Source: Octopus vulgaris (Eukaryota). From it: 64,000 nucleotides of DNA. Location: contig OX597823.1 of NCBI GenBank assembly GCA_951406725.2, positions 79,670,001 through 79,734,000 on the forward strand. Reading direction: 5' to 3'. Positions 36,933-50,346 of the stretch are shown piece after piece. Position 1 is the stretch's first letter; the number at the start of each line of letters is the position of its first letter. The translations under genes and the position numbers were made by a program. The notes beneath the pieces were generated by a model, which saw only the letters and a program-made list of their open reading frames with translations, searched no databases and was not told where the DNA came from.

Positions 36933-37677
36933 TACTTATTGGTATAAAAGATATGCAACTCTTATTCTTTATTGTATCAAAAAATTGCTCTGCATCTAAT
37001 GCAGCCATAGACTAAAGAGTCAGCTAAGCGTAAGTCCACTAGACACAATCACAATAAGTGTTACTAGTAATAAAAATTGAAAGCAAACTGAACTACTAGG
37101 GTCTAATAACACAAACTTATACTTTTACTCTTTTACTTGTTTCAGTCATTGGACTGTGGCCATGCTGGAGCACCGCCTTTAGTCGAGCAAATCGACCCCA
37201 GAACTTATTCTTAGGAAGCCTAGTACTTATTCTATCGGTCCCTTTTGCCAAACCACTAAGTTACGGGGATGTCAAGTGATGTTGGGGGGACAAACACAGG
37301 CACACAAACATACATATATACGACGGGCTTCTTTCAGTTTCTGTCTACCAACTCCACTCACAAGGCTTTGGTCAGTCCGAGGCCATAGTAGAAGACACTT
37401 GCCCAAGGTGCCACGCAGAGGGACTGAACATGGAACCATGTGGTTGGTAAGCAAGCTACTTACCACACAGCCGATCTGTCAGCAGTTATGAGTAGGGATC
37501 ACATACCTCAGTATCACATTACCCAGTATAAACCCCCACACATTATACATGTCCTACATTATTTATTGACTGTGTTATCTTTAAGAAACATTTGTTAATT
37601 ACCTAAATCAGTGATTCTCACATAAGGTTTATTTAATCAAAATGGGAAGGAAAATAAGGAAGAAAAGCTGCTCTTAC

Positions 37678-37845
37678 TTGAATTTGATCGATATACTGAA
37701 GAAGGTCTTCAAATGTGAGTATCCTGTTGAATGAAACCGTTTCAGGAAAGTGGTCCGGCCTCACAATATCAGAAGGTGGTACATAATCATTTACTGAAGA
37801 TTGAACCTGAGGAATTAATTTACTCAGTTTGGCTTTCTTTCGAAC
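37678..37845 (-). CDS. CENPI: CENP-I exon, VRKKAKLSKLIPQVQSS...RILTFEDLLQYIDQIQ
   Basis: tttttcag acceptor, gtaaga donor; ends in the F..LL..I..(L/I) motif that precedes LPxQ. Confidence 0.9.
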
Positions 37846-37879
37846 CTGAAAAACAAGACAATGATATTATTTCACTTTA

Positions 37880-38046
37880 AGAGAGGTTGGGGTCCACCAA
37901 GGTTCAGTCCTCAGCCTCCTCCTATTTATCATAGTCCTCCAAGCAATAATGGAGGAATTCAAGACAGGATCCCCTGGGAGCTCCTCTATGCTGATGACCT
38001 TGCTCTAATTGCTGAGTCACTATCAGAACTTGAGGAGAAGTTTCAG
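37880..38046 (+). mobile_element. RTE-like LINE RT fragment
   Basis: GVHQGSVLS and WELLYADDLALIAES. Confidence 0.85.
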
Positions 38047-38097
38047 TGAAAAGGACACATTACTAAACTTGTAACATTCCTCATAAAACGTTTACAG

Positions 38098-39664
38098 CAG
38101 TGGCTCTCAAGTGGGGCCCATATGAGATTTTGCTCATTAAAAAAATCATGTGCAATAAATTGGTTATATTTCTATAATACACAAAATATTAAAATTTCTT
38201 TTATACAATTCATCATCATCATCGTTTAACGTCCATTTTCCATGCTGGCATGGGTTGGACGATTTGACAGAGGACTGGTGAACCAGATAGATGCACCAGG
38301 CTCCAATCTGATCTGGAAGAGTTTCTACAGCTGGATGCCCTTCCTAACGCCAACCACTCCGAGAGTGTAGTGGGTGCTTTTCCCTGGCATGAACCTAAAC
38401 TGCGTCTCATGTAAACTGACTCTCTCCTTAATTAGTTGGGCTATAACCCTCTCCATGACCTTCATTACTTGATCCAATATCTTGATACCTAATTATTTGT
38501 ATCGATACCTAATTATTTGTATCGAAAGCATCACCTTTACCTTTGTAGCAATTGACTATAGTGCTGCTACACCAGTCATTGGGTATGACTCCTTCGTGTA
38601 TCACCTGGTTAACTATACAGCTGACTAGGCTATAGCCGACACTGCCAGATATTTTGAGCATCTCTGCAGTGATTCCTGATGGGCCAGGGGCTTTCCCTGT
38701 CTTCATACTCTTAATTGCTTTATCTACCAAGGTACTGTCAACTCGGATACTAATAATATTTAATTATAAACATATAAAATGTTTTTAAATACAGTGTAGC
38801 GATGCAAGTCCTAATAAACCCTTATTGGTGGTAATATGATGTAATGGTCATGTTGCCCGAATAGGTATAATTATTAGTTTCCCATTGGTTAAAATTACTG
38901 CCCATATTTGAATTCTAACTTTCATCAAAGAGAAATCTTTCACAAAATACAGTTCTTAGAATTCAGGTAGGAGCAGCTTTAAAAACCCTGATTTTTGGGA
39001 AATTAATCAGTGTTCATTGGTTGTCACTCAATTCCACGGCACTCGCTCTCTTGAGATAGTGGTCATTGCAATGCCAAATCTTTTATCTAATTCAACAAGG
39101 TTATTTTGAATTGTTTAAAACTCTTGTAGCTTAGTTATGGAAGAATTAGTTAATATAAATTTTATGTTGTAATTCACTATGACACTTTTCTTTTGACTTA
39201 CAAATGTACTGTAAACAAACTAATTTAGTAAATAATTTCTTTTTCTTCATTTTCTTCAACCTGTCGATGAAATTTATTTCTGCAAGTATGAAACTGTTGT
39301 TATAGAGGTGAAAAACAAAAAGCAAGCATGTTCAGCGTCTTGTGGTGTGTATAATTCACCACAGCAGTTATACAGCCTCAGTTAAGACTTATGCATGGTG
39401 ATAAATGCTTATGATTAAGTTATAAGTGACACGTTTATCACCATAGATTCCTACTCGAGAAAAATATATATTTATTATCTCTTCCAAGTCAAAACCATTA
39501 TAAACCAGATAATCACCGTTATAATAGAAACATAATAAAAATATATAAACATGTTTTAAACAATACAAAAATGTTTTTAAACACTGACTGGCAATGAAGG
39601 TCCACCCAAGTAAAATAGAACTCAAAGGGTTCCACAAATAAAAAAAAATGGTCGAGAACCACTG
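38098..39664. mobile_element. Possible old hAT element hosting SINE and LINE fragments
   Basis: Ends cagtggctctcaa / tcgagaaccactg; flanks gtttacag and gtatacgg match at 6 of 8. Confidence 0.45.
38420..38750 (-). mobile_element. RTE-like LINE RT fragment
   Basis: AIKSMKTGKAPGPSGITAEMLK...WCSSTIVNCYKGKGD. Confidence 0.85.
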
Positions 39665-39778
39665 GTATACGGTATTGCGAATGTTGGAAATGAAATCATG
39701 AAAGATAAACGAATGTTTTCTTCACTTTGGAAAGGAGAATAACAACCATCACCTTTCAAGCACATCATCATAATTTAA

Positions 39779-41183
39779 CCCTTTCGTTACTATATTTCTG
39801 ACCAAAATACACCCCTCATGAATTTCAATTAAATTCTAAAATAATCATGAATTTAGGCTTGTTTCATTAAATAACTGTAACTTTTTTACTTATCAACATA
39901 TTGATGTGATATTTGGAACATAATTAAAGAAAGGGTTCTTAATCAATTCTATTGCATAACTTTTGTCTCAAAGTGACTTTAATTACAGGTAAATCCAGGT
40001 AAATTGAGCAAAAGTAATATTAAAAATTTGTTTAAACATCACCATAGAAAATGAATCATCAACTAATATTCAAATGGTGATGCAACAAAATTTTGATAAA
40101 GAAGAATTGTGCACATCACTAGATCATCAGTTGAATTTAATGCACAACAGGTGTACCATAAAGGTGGAATAAACTGAAATACTGGAATCCACTGCAAGTT
40201 TGACCGGTCAAAAAATAATATACGGCCCTGGTTATGGTATGGAAGTGATAAATTCCAGACCACATCATTCCCTAGGCCATGCCAACTAACATTATTTTCC
40301 CTGTATAAAAACTTAACCCACCGCAGAACTCAGTATTTTTGCTTCACAAATTTTCTGAACTTTGATCCTCCATTTTGTGTTAGTTTACAATCTGCGTAAA
40401 TTTGTTTCCGCATTGATCGCTTCAAACAATAACTTCCAGACCACATCGTACCCTAAGCCATGCTGACTAACATTAGTTTCCCTGTATAAAAACTAAATCC
40501 ACAACAGTACCCAGTATTTGCTTCACAAATTTTCCAAACTTTGATCCCCCATTTTGTGTTTGTTTACAATCTGCATAAATTTGTTTCCGAAGTGATCGCT
40601 TCAAACAAGCATACTGAAAAAAATAAAAGTCTAATGGTTTCACTTCCTAAGAAAGACTATAGATAAACTTTATCTCCTCAGAAAAATTGCTCATAAAAAC
40701 ATTTTAAAAGTTTTTTACTTCATTCCGATGTAACATCGTCTTTGCTGTCACCATCGCCGATTTGTTTCTTCGGAATCACTGTTTTCAGTTTCGGATACCG
40801 AAATATCCTATTCATTCTCGTATACCACGTGCTTTTTACCTCATTCATTCTTTTTCTCAATATCTCCCTATTTTCCATTGAAAAAGCTTTAAATTCGGAA
40901 TTAATGCTTGATAACATGAAACTCCTATCCATTTTCAAAGTTGAAGAAAAATCGATGCCAAAAAAAGTGTGGAAAAAAATCTCCCAAAATTCACTGAGTT
41001 GAGATATCACGTCAAGCTATGTCGGATACTAAAACCCCACTATTAACAAAGTGAAATCACATGTTTTAACGAATGTACCAATGAGATTTGGGTTCAAATT
41101 TACATTTAAATAACAATAGGTTCTCTCGGCCGGGTTGGTATTATGAACCAAAAAATTTTTTGGCCGGGTTAGTAACGAAAGGG
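39779..41183. mobile_element. Internally deleted piggyBac-like element, 1.4 kb
   Basis: TIR ccctttcgttact / agtaacgaaaggg, TTAA at 39775-39778 and 41184-41187; internal roughly 177-bp tandem duplication at 40255-40608. Confidence 0.85.
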
Positions 41184-41685
41184 TTAACACCCATGTCCCA
41201 TTAAAATGGATTATAACTTCTTACGTCAGAATTAAGTTTCTTAGGGTAATATTAAGCTTCACCATGAGTTTGGTGAAAATCGATTGCAAGTTGCGAAAAC
41301 TACAACAGAAAATGTGTTGCAAATAAAAAGCTTAGATTCTCGACCCCCATGTCGAATGTATCGATTTATTTTAAGAACTGGGGGAACTTTTCAAAATTTT
41401 CGCTGCGTTAGTTTTGAATGATGACATTGGGCTATGTGTGTGTCAAGTTTCATCAGAATCGGTTGAAAGCCATGGTCAGGGTGAGGGTACAACCTGACAG
41501 ACACACAGACAGACAAACTGCCGTTTATATAGAGAGAGATATATTTGTTGTGCAAGATTTATTGGCTAAACTGGCAAAATGACCATTCCGAAATATAACA
41601 ATATATATATGTATATATATATATATATATACACACACATAGAAATACACATGCACACACGTTAGACAAACATACATAAATACGT

Positions 41686-41717
<32 letters not shown>

Positions 41718-42212
41718 TAAATACAGACACATCTCTGTCTCTTCAATGGTGTGTGCGCGAAGTCAATCAAAATGGTTCAAGTAGCTACTTTTAGCTTATT
41801 GTAATATCTCAATTTGTATTTACAATTTCTATGAAGGCTCATCAATGTCTAACCACACTTGGGAACAGCCTCAGTCATGGTCTCCGTTATATAAGAGAAC
41901 AGATGATTGTGGTTGGAAGCCTTTGATCAAACGTGTACTGAATGAGGGTGACCGTTGATTAATCACTGCAGGAATCTCCACATCAGTAATTCTTAAACCC
42001 TGCTCCTGCCATTCTCCAACTGTGTTTAATATATTTTACTTACTTCACACAAAAAATATACTCTGGATAATTGATTTACTTATATATGTTACTGCCAAAA
42101 TGCTATCTTTAAGTTAGCATGTTAGCATATGTAACTTAATCTCGACAGTATTTTTTTAAAATCAAAGACAGATAAAAACATTGAAAAAAAAAAAAAAAGA
42201 AAAAAACCTTAC

Positions 42213-42320
42213 TGGACTATTAACAGATTTCTGTGCTAAAGCTTTTAATTCCAGTCCCCTTCGTAGCTGAACAGCTTGGATAATCTTTTGCATTTTTGAA
42301 TTTGGTGATCTATAAAAGCG
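42213..42320 (-). CDS. CENPI: CENP-I exon, RFYRSPNSKMQKIIQAVQLRRGLELKALAQKSVNSP
   Basis: ttttcag acceptor, gtaagg donor; 108 nt, phase 0 to 0. Confidence 0.85.
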
Positions 42321-43301
42321 CTGAAAAGTAGAATAGAGAGCACCAACAATGATAATAATAATAATAACAACAATGGTTTCAAATTTTGGCACAAGGGCAG
42401 CAATTTTCAATGGGGGAGGAGGATTAGTTGATTACATCTAAGCTGGTGCTTATTTTATTTATGCTGAAAGGAGAAAAGACAAAGCTGACTTTAGAGGAAT
42501 TTGAACTCAAAAATTAAAGAGCAAGAGGAATTACTACTACTAATAATAATAATAAATGCCCCGATGCAATAAGAGGCAGCAGTTCTCATGGCTTCTGATG
42601 TTAACTGATTGGAAGTGTTAACATAAACGGGTTTTGTCTTGGTACAAAAAATGGACTACAGCAAATGTTATGTTCAGTAATACCACAGATTTGCTTGTCA
42701 TCTGCTTCACCACAACCAGTTGAGCATGTCCCTTAGTGGCTGACAATATGTGCATCTCTGATCAAAGCAAGAATAGTGAGGGAGCATCATAGCCATATAT
42801 TGAGAGGGTTGGGTGGGGGGGGGAGGGGCTTGAATAATCCACCCGTGGAAACAAAGGTGTTTTATTCCTTAGCCTTAAACAATACTTATTCAGGGACCTT
42901 TTGAGCAAGAGGGGCTACCCAATCCAAAGAGAATTCAAACTCGGTCCCCACCTGTAATGTCATGCACATTTTGTCTGGATAGGAGGTCACCATTTTTGCA
43001 CATGTGGTTGTGATGCATGTACCTAGCATACAGCGCAAGTACAGAAGGATAAAGAAAAGCGAGGGTAGATTAGTAAATATAGATCTATAACATGCTTACT
43101 ATTTAAAAAATTAACAAGCCTCATAGAAGATGAATTGCGTAGCTTCCTGGAGAAGATAAAGAGATGCAGAAAGATGTCAAAGGGCACTAAATCAGCTGTA
43201 TATCGATAGCGTGATATTAAATTGATATATGAATAAGAAAGAACATAGTTGTTGGTTAGATAATAAACTTGGGATGTGAAGAGACAGGAGAAATACCATT
43301 A

Positions 43302-43813
43302 CCGTAAATCTTTGAGTATAGTCCACCCTTGAGTATAATACGCAAGGGATTTTTAGGGGGCTGTACCTCTGGAAAACCTAAACCTTGTGTATAATACACA
43401 CTCCTTCTCTAACTTGAGTCGTGCGTAATTAAGCCAGTCGAACAAACACTTCCGCGCATGCATAATACAATAATGGTGATGTTCTTAACTGTTATATGGG
43501 AATGTAAATATGTTTGCAAATTGTTTTTGTTACATGTTATTTTGTGTTCTGAATACTTTTATTTTAATAAATGTTGCTTACTGCAAGTTATGGATGATTC
43601 TTTTATGACTTCATTGCTTTCAGGCTTAGCTAAAGGTATTTTCGCGCCTGACATCACAAAATGCGTCTGAATAAACATTGCCAAACAGCAAATAGAGACT
43701 CGGACATTGCTTAGAATATATTTTTCATTTTTAACCTTGTACATAGTACGCTCTAAGGATTTTGACCTTTAAATTTTCGGGACAAAATGTGGATTATACT
43801 CGAGGATTTACGG
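43302..43813. mobile_element. pogo/Tc2-like MITE
   Basis: TA-ccgtaaatctttgagtata left end, tatactcgaggatttacgg-TA right end. Confidence 0.8.
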
Positions 43814-43998
43814 TAAGCATCTTGCCTGGTTTGCAAGCAATTCTGTCAGTTACCTGCCTTTAAAATGATAATAAATGACAGTAATAATATTTATGTATAT
43901 ATATTTCAGGCCATGCTGGAGCACAGCAATATGTGTTTGCAGCTTTGTGTAAGTAAAACTGATAGCTAAAAAAATGGAAAAAACAAAAAGAAAATTAC

Positions 43999-44085
43999 TT
44001 GATATTTTGGAAGTGACAGCCCTAATTTATCAGGCTGCAGCATCTTATATTTCGTTAGTAAACCAATTAATGAAGGGACATTCCC
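43999..44085 (-). CDS. CENPI: CENP-I exon, GNVPSLIGLLTKYKMLQPDKLGLSLPKYQ
   Basis: ttttcag acceptor, gtaatt donor; matches G..P.L..LL..YK...P. Confidence 0.9.
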
Positions 44086-44477
44086 CTGAAAAGATAAAAC
44101 ATCAAATGAGAAAAAGATATATAATTTACATTCATTAATATTGAGTCCAGTGTGGAATGATGGCAGCAGAAACGAAAATAAGGATCTTAGAACTTATATA
44201 ATGTAGATGCTGATTACTGGAGTAGACAGTTCCAGTCTATGATATGTAACAGAGTAAAGTGCCTTCATTGTAAACATAGAGCAGTAATGCTTACAGAGTA
44301 TAAACTCTGACTCTTCAGCTGGTTGGCAGATATCATACTGACAACAGAACCAGCAGCTCATGTAAACCATATTAACTGTAAACCATTCAAAGGAGTTGAA
44401 TCAAGCATGGAGAAGTCAACATTAAAATGATGATGATGATAGCCAGATAGGCAGATGGATATAGATATTACAGTTTT

Positions 44478-44640
44478 ATATTTAAGAGATGAGGAATTAT
44501 GTACATTATTTAGATTTGACGGATATTTGTCTTCATCTTTGTTGTTAATACAGCATTTCAGCTGATATACCCTCCAGCCTTCTTCAGGTATCTTGGGGAA
44601 ATTTCGAACCTGGGTTCTCATTCCTAAGGTATTTTTCAAT
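44478..44640 (-). mobile_element. Penelope-like terminal repeat fragment with a degenerate hammerhead-like motif
   Basis: Minus strand atac-CTGAAGA-a-ggctg..cagct-GAAA-tgct-gtat. Confidence 0.5.
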
Positions 44641-45540
44641 GTTATTATTATTATTGTTCAGGTCACTGCTTGGAATCGAATTCGGAATCTTGAGGTTAGT
44701 AGCTTGCACTCTTTACCACTACGCCATATGCCCGTGGGCATACGGGAATATAGATATGCTTATTAAATACAAAATTGGAACTGTTTATGATGCTAATCTC
44801 ATATATGCTGTGTCAGTGTAGCAGTTCATTAATACGCTCACCCACTCTAGCACCATTTATGTAAATTAGGTCAGGTCTGGTTCAGTCAGTGGTGCACACT
44901 TTTGTGTCTCAGTAAACAAGTAATCAAATCCTGACGATGACTTTAACAAAAGCTGAAACTAATCGATTAATTAACTTGATCCTTCTCACTGGCTGTCAAA
45001 AGGCCTATGATTTAACCAGGAGGCCAATTGTCATGGTCATAATTTTGTTATTCTAGCACACGCACAAATATAGAATTGCACAAATAGTCTGTATGTTTGA
45101 TTTTTGTACACTTCAGTTTTTCTGAAATTCAAAGAAGATGAATATCAAGTCAAAGAGACAAATCTCAGGAATGACATACACACAAACATCACTAATCCAA
45201 ACACTGAGCTACTAAGAACCTTAATCAAATGAACCAAACCTTAAGGAATGCCTGTTCACATTTAACTGTACAAGCAGGTCAGTGTTTTGCCATGCTAGTA
45301 CTGGTTAAACATATATGTGACTGAGGCATTGTTTTACAGTTGGATGCCCTTCCTGTCGCTAACCCTTAGGTGATTTGCAAGTAAAGCATCGCTTATATCA
45401 AATGACTTTGAAAGAACAAAGTAACAAGCAATTTGTTTACAGGAGAAGTGACAACACAGTTTGAACAATCACAGATACATACTTGCAAATGTGTGTGAGT
45501 GTGAGAGAGGGAAGAGGAGAGTGAAAGTTCATGGATAAAA

Positions 45541-45584
<44 letters not shown>

Positions 45585-45771
45585 TGCATATTCAAGATTG
45601 TGTTGGATAGATAAGAGAAACTTGGCAATTTAAAATGTTCTAGAAATTCCACTTATTAGTCGCAAAATTTGTTTGGCACCAGTCACATCACAAATCAATA
45701 TTTTTGCATTTACAGAACAGACAATGAGTATGAAAATAGCATTAAATGACGATGTCAATGAAACACTTTAC

Positions 45772-45867
45772 CGTTTTCTTCCACAACAAAATCAGTTCAT
45801 TTATTCGGAATAATGTAACATCAGGATATAAAGTCAGCTCACTCAAAATGTAACAGATTTCTGGGAG
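45772..45867 (-). CDS. CENPI: CENP-I exon, LPEICYILSELTLYPDVTLFRINELILLWKKT
   Basis: cttcag acceptor, gtaaag donor; matches the Mis6-family PYVCHLLYLLT...VKPFRV motif. Confidence 0.9.
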
Positions 45868-46839
45868 CTGAAGGAAGAGAAATAATTTCAAAATGTGAGC
45901 AGAAGCAATCAGTTATAAACTGTAGACTAGAATGCGTTTAATACAAACCGTTTTGTTATCTACTCTGCTTCTTTTAAAGAAAAATCATTCATTTTATAGA
46001 ATTCTGAACTAATTTAAAACTTTGCAGCATAGATTTTATATGAGAAACTTTTGTGAAGTTATGGTTCTGGTATTAGCATCAAGAAATGGTTAATTACTTC
46101 CAAATTTTTGACTATTTGAAAAATTGAAAGACATAAGCAGTGTATGTCTATAAGATATATGGTCATGAAAGAATTACATTTCAGATGACAGGCTACTGGT
46201 TGGATGGATGGATGGATAGGCATGGCTCTGTGCTAAGAAGTTTGCTTCACAACCACATGATTCCAGGTTCAGTCCAACTATGTGGCACTAGTCTTTGGTC
46301 AAACAAAGTACTATGAGTGGATTTGGTAGATGGAAACTGAAAGAAACCTGTTCATCATCGTCATTTAAAGTTCGCTTTCCACATAGGCATGGGTTGGACA
46401 AGCGGGAGACTGCACCGGGCCCCAATCTGATCTGGTAAGGTTTTTACAGCTGGATGCCCTTCCTAATGCCAACCACTCTGAGTGTAGTGGGTGCTTTTAT
46501 ATTTTTATATACCACTAGCACAGAAGCTAGTCAGGCTGCACTGGCATCAACCACACTCAAATGGTGCTTTTTATGTGCCACCAGCATGGGTACCATTCAG
46601 GTGGCACTGGCATCAGCCATAACTAAAATTCACTCAGTTGAACAGGCCAGTCAGCCATGACAATGATTTCACTTGACTCAACAGTTCTTCTCAAGCACAG
46701 CATATTGACCAATGATTAAAGGGTGCTTTTAAACAGGCCAGTTACGTGACCTTGACATCAACCACAATTACAATCTCATTTGGCTTGCCGGATCTTCTCA
46801 AGCACAGCAGATCTCCAAAAATCTCAGTCACTTGTCATT

Positions 46840-47520
46840 GCCCCTGTGAGACCCAACGTTTGAAGGCCATGCTTCACCACCTCATCCGATGTCTTCCTGG
46901 GTCTACCTCTACCACAGGTTCCCTTCACTGTTAGGGTATGACACTTCACACAGCTGTCTCATCCATACACATCACATGACTATACTAGTGCAGTTGTCTC
47001 TCCTGCACACCACATCTGATGCTTCTTATGTCCAACTTCTCCCACAGGGTGCTTTACACTATCATGTATGCACACTGACATTACACATCCAGCAGAACAT
47101 ACTAGATTCGTGTCTTAGAAGCCTACGCATGTCCTCACCAGTCGCAGCCCATGTTCCACTGTCAAGTAGCATGGCTTTTCACACGCAGGCATCATACAGT
47201 CAACCTTTCACTATGAGCAAGAGGCCCTTTGTTACCAGCAGAGGTAGGAGCTCTCTGAACTTTGCCCAGGCCAGTCTTATTCTAGCAGCCATGCTCTCAG
47301 AGCATCCACTCCCGCTACTGACTTGGTCACTTAGATAACAGAAGCTGTTAACTACTAGTTTTTCTCCCTTGGCATGTGATGAAATCTGTTTTCTGTACAT
47401 CTTCGGCATTTATTGCACCTGTACATCTGCCACACACAAAAACTATCTTCCCAGTTAACCTTTCTTTGACTTTGCTGCACCTCTTATGTGTCCATAGCTT
47501 ACACCAGGTATATCTTATGG
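46840..47520 (-). mobile_element. RTE-like LINE 3' fragment, followed by a (GAT)n-tailed SINE-like segment
   Basis: FCYLSDQVSSGSGCSESMAARIRLAWAKFRELLPLLVTKG. Confidence 0.8.
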
Positions 47521-47529
47521 AGTTTCTAC

Positions 47530-48338
47530 GTATGCCTTAATGACCACGTCGAGAATCCAGTTTCCACAAAAACTGTTTGCCAGGAGCTGCACAAAGCCGG
47601 ATTTCACAGGAGGGTTGCAATCAGAAAACCACTACTTTCAAAAAACAAATGCTGCAAAGTGTTTAGAGTGGAGTAAAAACCTACAGAATTGGTCCTTAGA
47701 ACAGTGGAAGGATGTTATTTTCTCAGACGAGTCATCCTTTACCTAATTTCCGACCACTGGCTGAGTATACATGTGGATACAGCCAAAAACAGCATTTAAC
47801 CCAGACTGCCTTCTTCCATCTGTGAAACATGGAGGAAGATCTGTGATGATCTGGGGGGCTATCACTTGGAAATCCACCAGCCTAATGGTTTCCCTTCATG
47901 GCAGAATTAATAGTCAAGACTATTTAAGCATTTTATCTGATCAAATTCATCCTATGGTTGCAATCTTTCAGGATGATAATGCACCAATTCATACAGCTAT
48001 AGTTGTTACTGAATGGCACAAGGAACATTTTAGTGAAGTAAAAAAAAACATCTTATCTGGCCACCACAGTCCCCAGATCTCAATATTATTGAACATTTAT
48101 GGTGCATTTTAGAAAAAAGAGTAAGGAGTCGATATCCTCCACCATCATAACTACAAAAACTGGAGACTGTTTTAGGTGAAGAATGGACAAAAATTCCTTT
48201 AGAAACAATTCAAACTTTGTATGAGCCCATACCACATAGAATTCAAGCTGTAATTACTGCCAAAGACAGCCCTTACCCCACGTTAAAATAAATTTGTTTG
48301 AAATTTTAAGGTGTTTCAATTATTTTGTCCAACCCCTG
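47530..48338 (+). mobile_element. 5'-truncated Tc1 (DD34E) remnant
   Basis: [40 protein letters not shown]; right TIR ...ttgtccaacccctg-TA. Confidence 0.9.
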
Positions 48339-48916
48339 TATATACAAATAGTGTGAGAATCATTTACTGGGAGGTCACGACAAAGAATATGTAAGATTAA
48401 ATATAGTTATGAATGAAAAGCAGCACAAGTGTTGTAAACATTATCAACTGCAAATACTCAACTGCTTTGCTTCTTGGCCAGTTTGCTGCATAGTAGCACT
48501 CTGGGGATGACCCCATCATAGCATGAATCCACACTCACATATATGTATGTGTACACATACAATGGACTTTCCCATTGTAAAAGAGAGATGTGAGTTTTGT
48601 AACTTACTGAACCACCTGCTCAGATGATTTGATATTTGTGCAGTACATAAGCTCATTCTTTTCAAATAGACATTGCCTGTACAGGTGCAAGGTGTGTCAC
48701 ACATCAGATGACAAAGACAGGCAGATATCATGTTACTGATCAATTGTAAGAAGTAAGAGATAAGGTACAAAAGTAGGCATGGCAATAAATCTCTGCTAAA
48801 GAATTTGCACCAACAACAAGCCAAATAACATCAGAAAATAAGGTTAGCAGTTCTAGCAATTTTATCAGAGATAAACCGTATACAGAAACCCGAAGAAGAA
48901 TTAGAAGGATACTTAC

Positions 48917-49024
48917 AATATCATAATTTCTGAGAAGATAAAAGAACACATTGTACACTGCATGAAGCTTATCATAGGCATCCATGTATGGCATGACAAG
49001 TACAATCCAGTGAAATACTAATTT
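48917..49024 (-). CDS. CENPI: CENP-I exon, KLVFHWIVLVMPYMDAYDKLHAVYNVFFYLLRNYDI
   Basis: tttcag acceptor, gtaagt donor; similar to the recalled LFYRWLVAMFDFID...LYGFFF. Confidence 0.9.
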
Positions 49025-50215
49025 CTGAAATATTAAACGAGAAACATAATTAATTTACACATTTAGTGTTGTAAAGGAAATCAAACAGAGTTATGCAATG
49101 TGAAATAAAACTGAAATTACAATTTCATGGCCTGCTAATGTGTTTACATCAACATTATCTATGAGAATTTCTCTGCTCAAGACACTTTGGGCAGCATATT
49201 GCCTTTTCTATGTTCAAGTGTACACAAACATATTAAATTAGTCTGGTTGGGTGGTAAGAGGTTTGCTTCATAACCACACAGTTCTAGGTTCAATCCCACT
49301 CTGTAGCACTTGGGGCAAATGTTTTCTACTACAACCTTGGGGTGACCAAAGTCTTGTAAGTGGATTTTGTAGATGGAAACTGAAAGAAACCCATTGTGTG
49401 TGCATGTCTTGTGTCTGTCTCTCTCCATTGCTTGACTATCTATGTTTGTTTACATCCCCATGACTTAGCAGATTGGCAAAAGGAACTAATATATCAAATA
49501 CCAGGATTAAAACAAATAAACACTGGCAATGATTTGTTCAACTCACACTCTTCAAGGCAGGGTCCCAGCGTGGCCAATCTAATGAGTGAAACATGATCAA
49601 AGATAACTGTATTTCATTCAATGTGCTTACCCTGGCTCTGGTTGTCAAACAGTGGTGGGGTACAAACACAGACACAAAAACACACACATGTATATATCTT
49701 ATTTCTTTATTGCCCACAAGGGGCTAAACGTAGAAGGGACAAACAAGGACAAAGGGATTAAGTCGATTACATCGACCCCAGTGCGTAACTGGTACTTAAT
49801 TTATCGACCCCGAAAGGATGAAAGGTAAAGTCGCCCTCGGCGGAATTTGAACTCAGAACGTAGCGGCAGACGAAATATCAATAATTATTTCACCCGGCGT
49901 GCTAATGTTTCTGCCAGCTCGCCACCTTACACACATGTATATATCTATATGACGGGCTTCTTTCAGATGGTCAGCCCAAAACTATAGTAGAAAACGCTTG
50001 CTTAAGGTGCCACACAGTGGGACTGAACCCAGATCCATGCAGCTGGGAAGCAAACTTCTTACTATGTAACCAAGTCTGCACCTACAAATGTGGAAGTGTC
50101 ATCTGTTAGGTGCATCACATTAACCTGCAAAGCACAGCACTCAGTCTTCTGTAATAGAACCAAATGGATTTATTTTAACATGATGTACAATGATAAAACT
50201 TTTTTATACACTCAC

Positions 50216-50346
50216 CGTGAATGATGTATTGGCTTTTTCTGAAATAGTGTGATGATTTATACATGATAGAAGTCTGATGGCAGCTCTTTGTGGGAAAGTT
50301 GTTTGTGGGATACAACACTGAATGAGATCACAACTAATTCGAATTC
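50216..50346 (-). CDS. CENPI: CENP-I exon, GIRISCDLIQCCIPQTTFPQRAAIRLLSCINHHTISEKANTSFT
   Basis: ttataag acceptor, gtgagt donor; 131 nt keeps frame; matches the ILKCMIP motif region. Confidence 0.85.
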
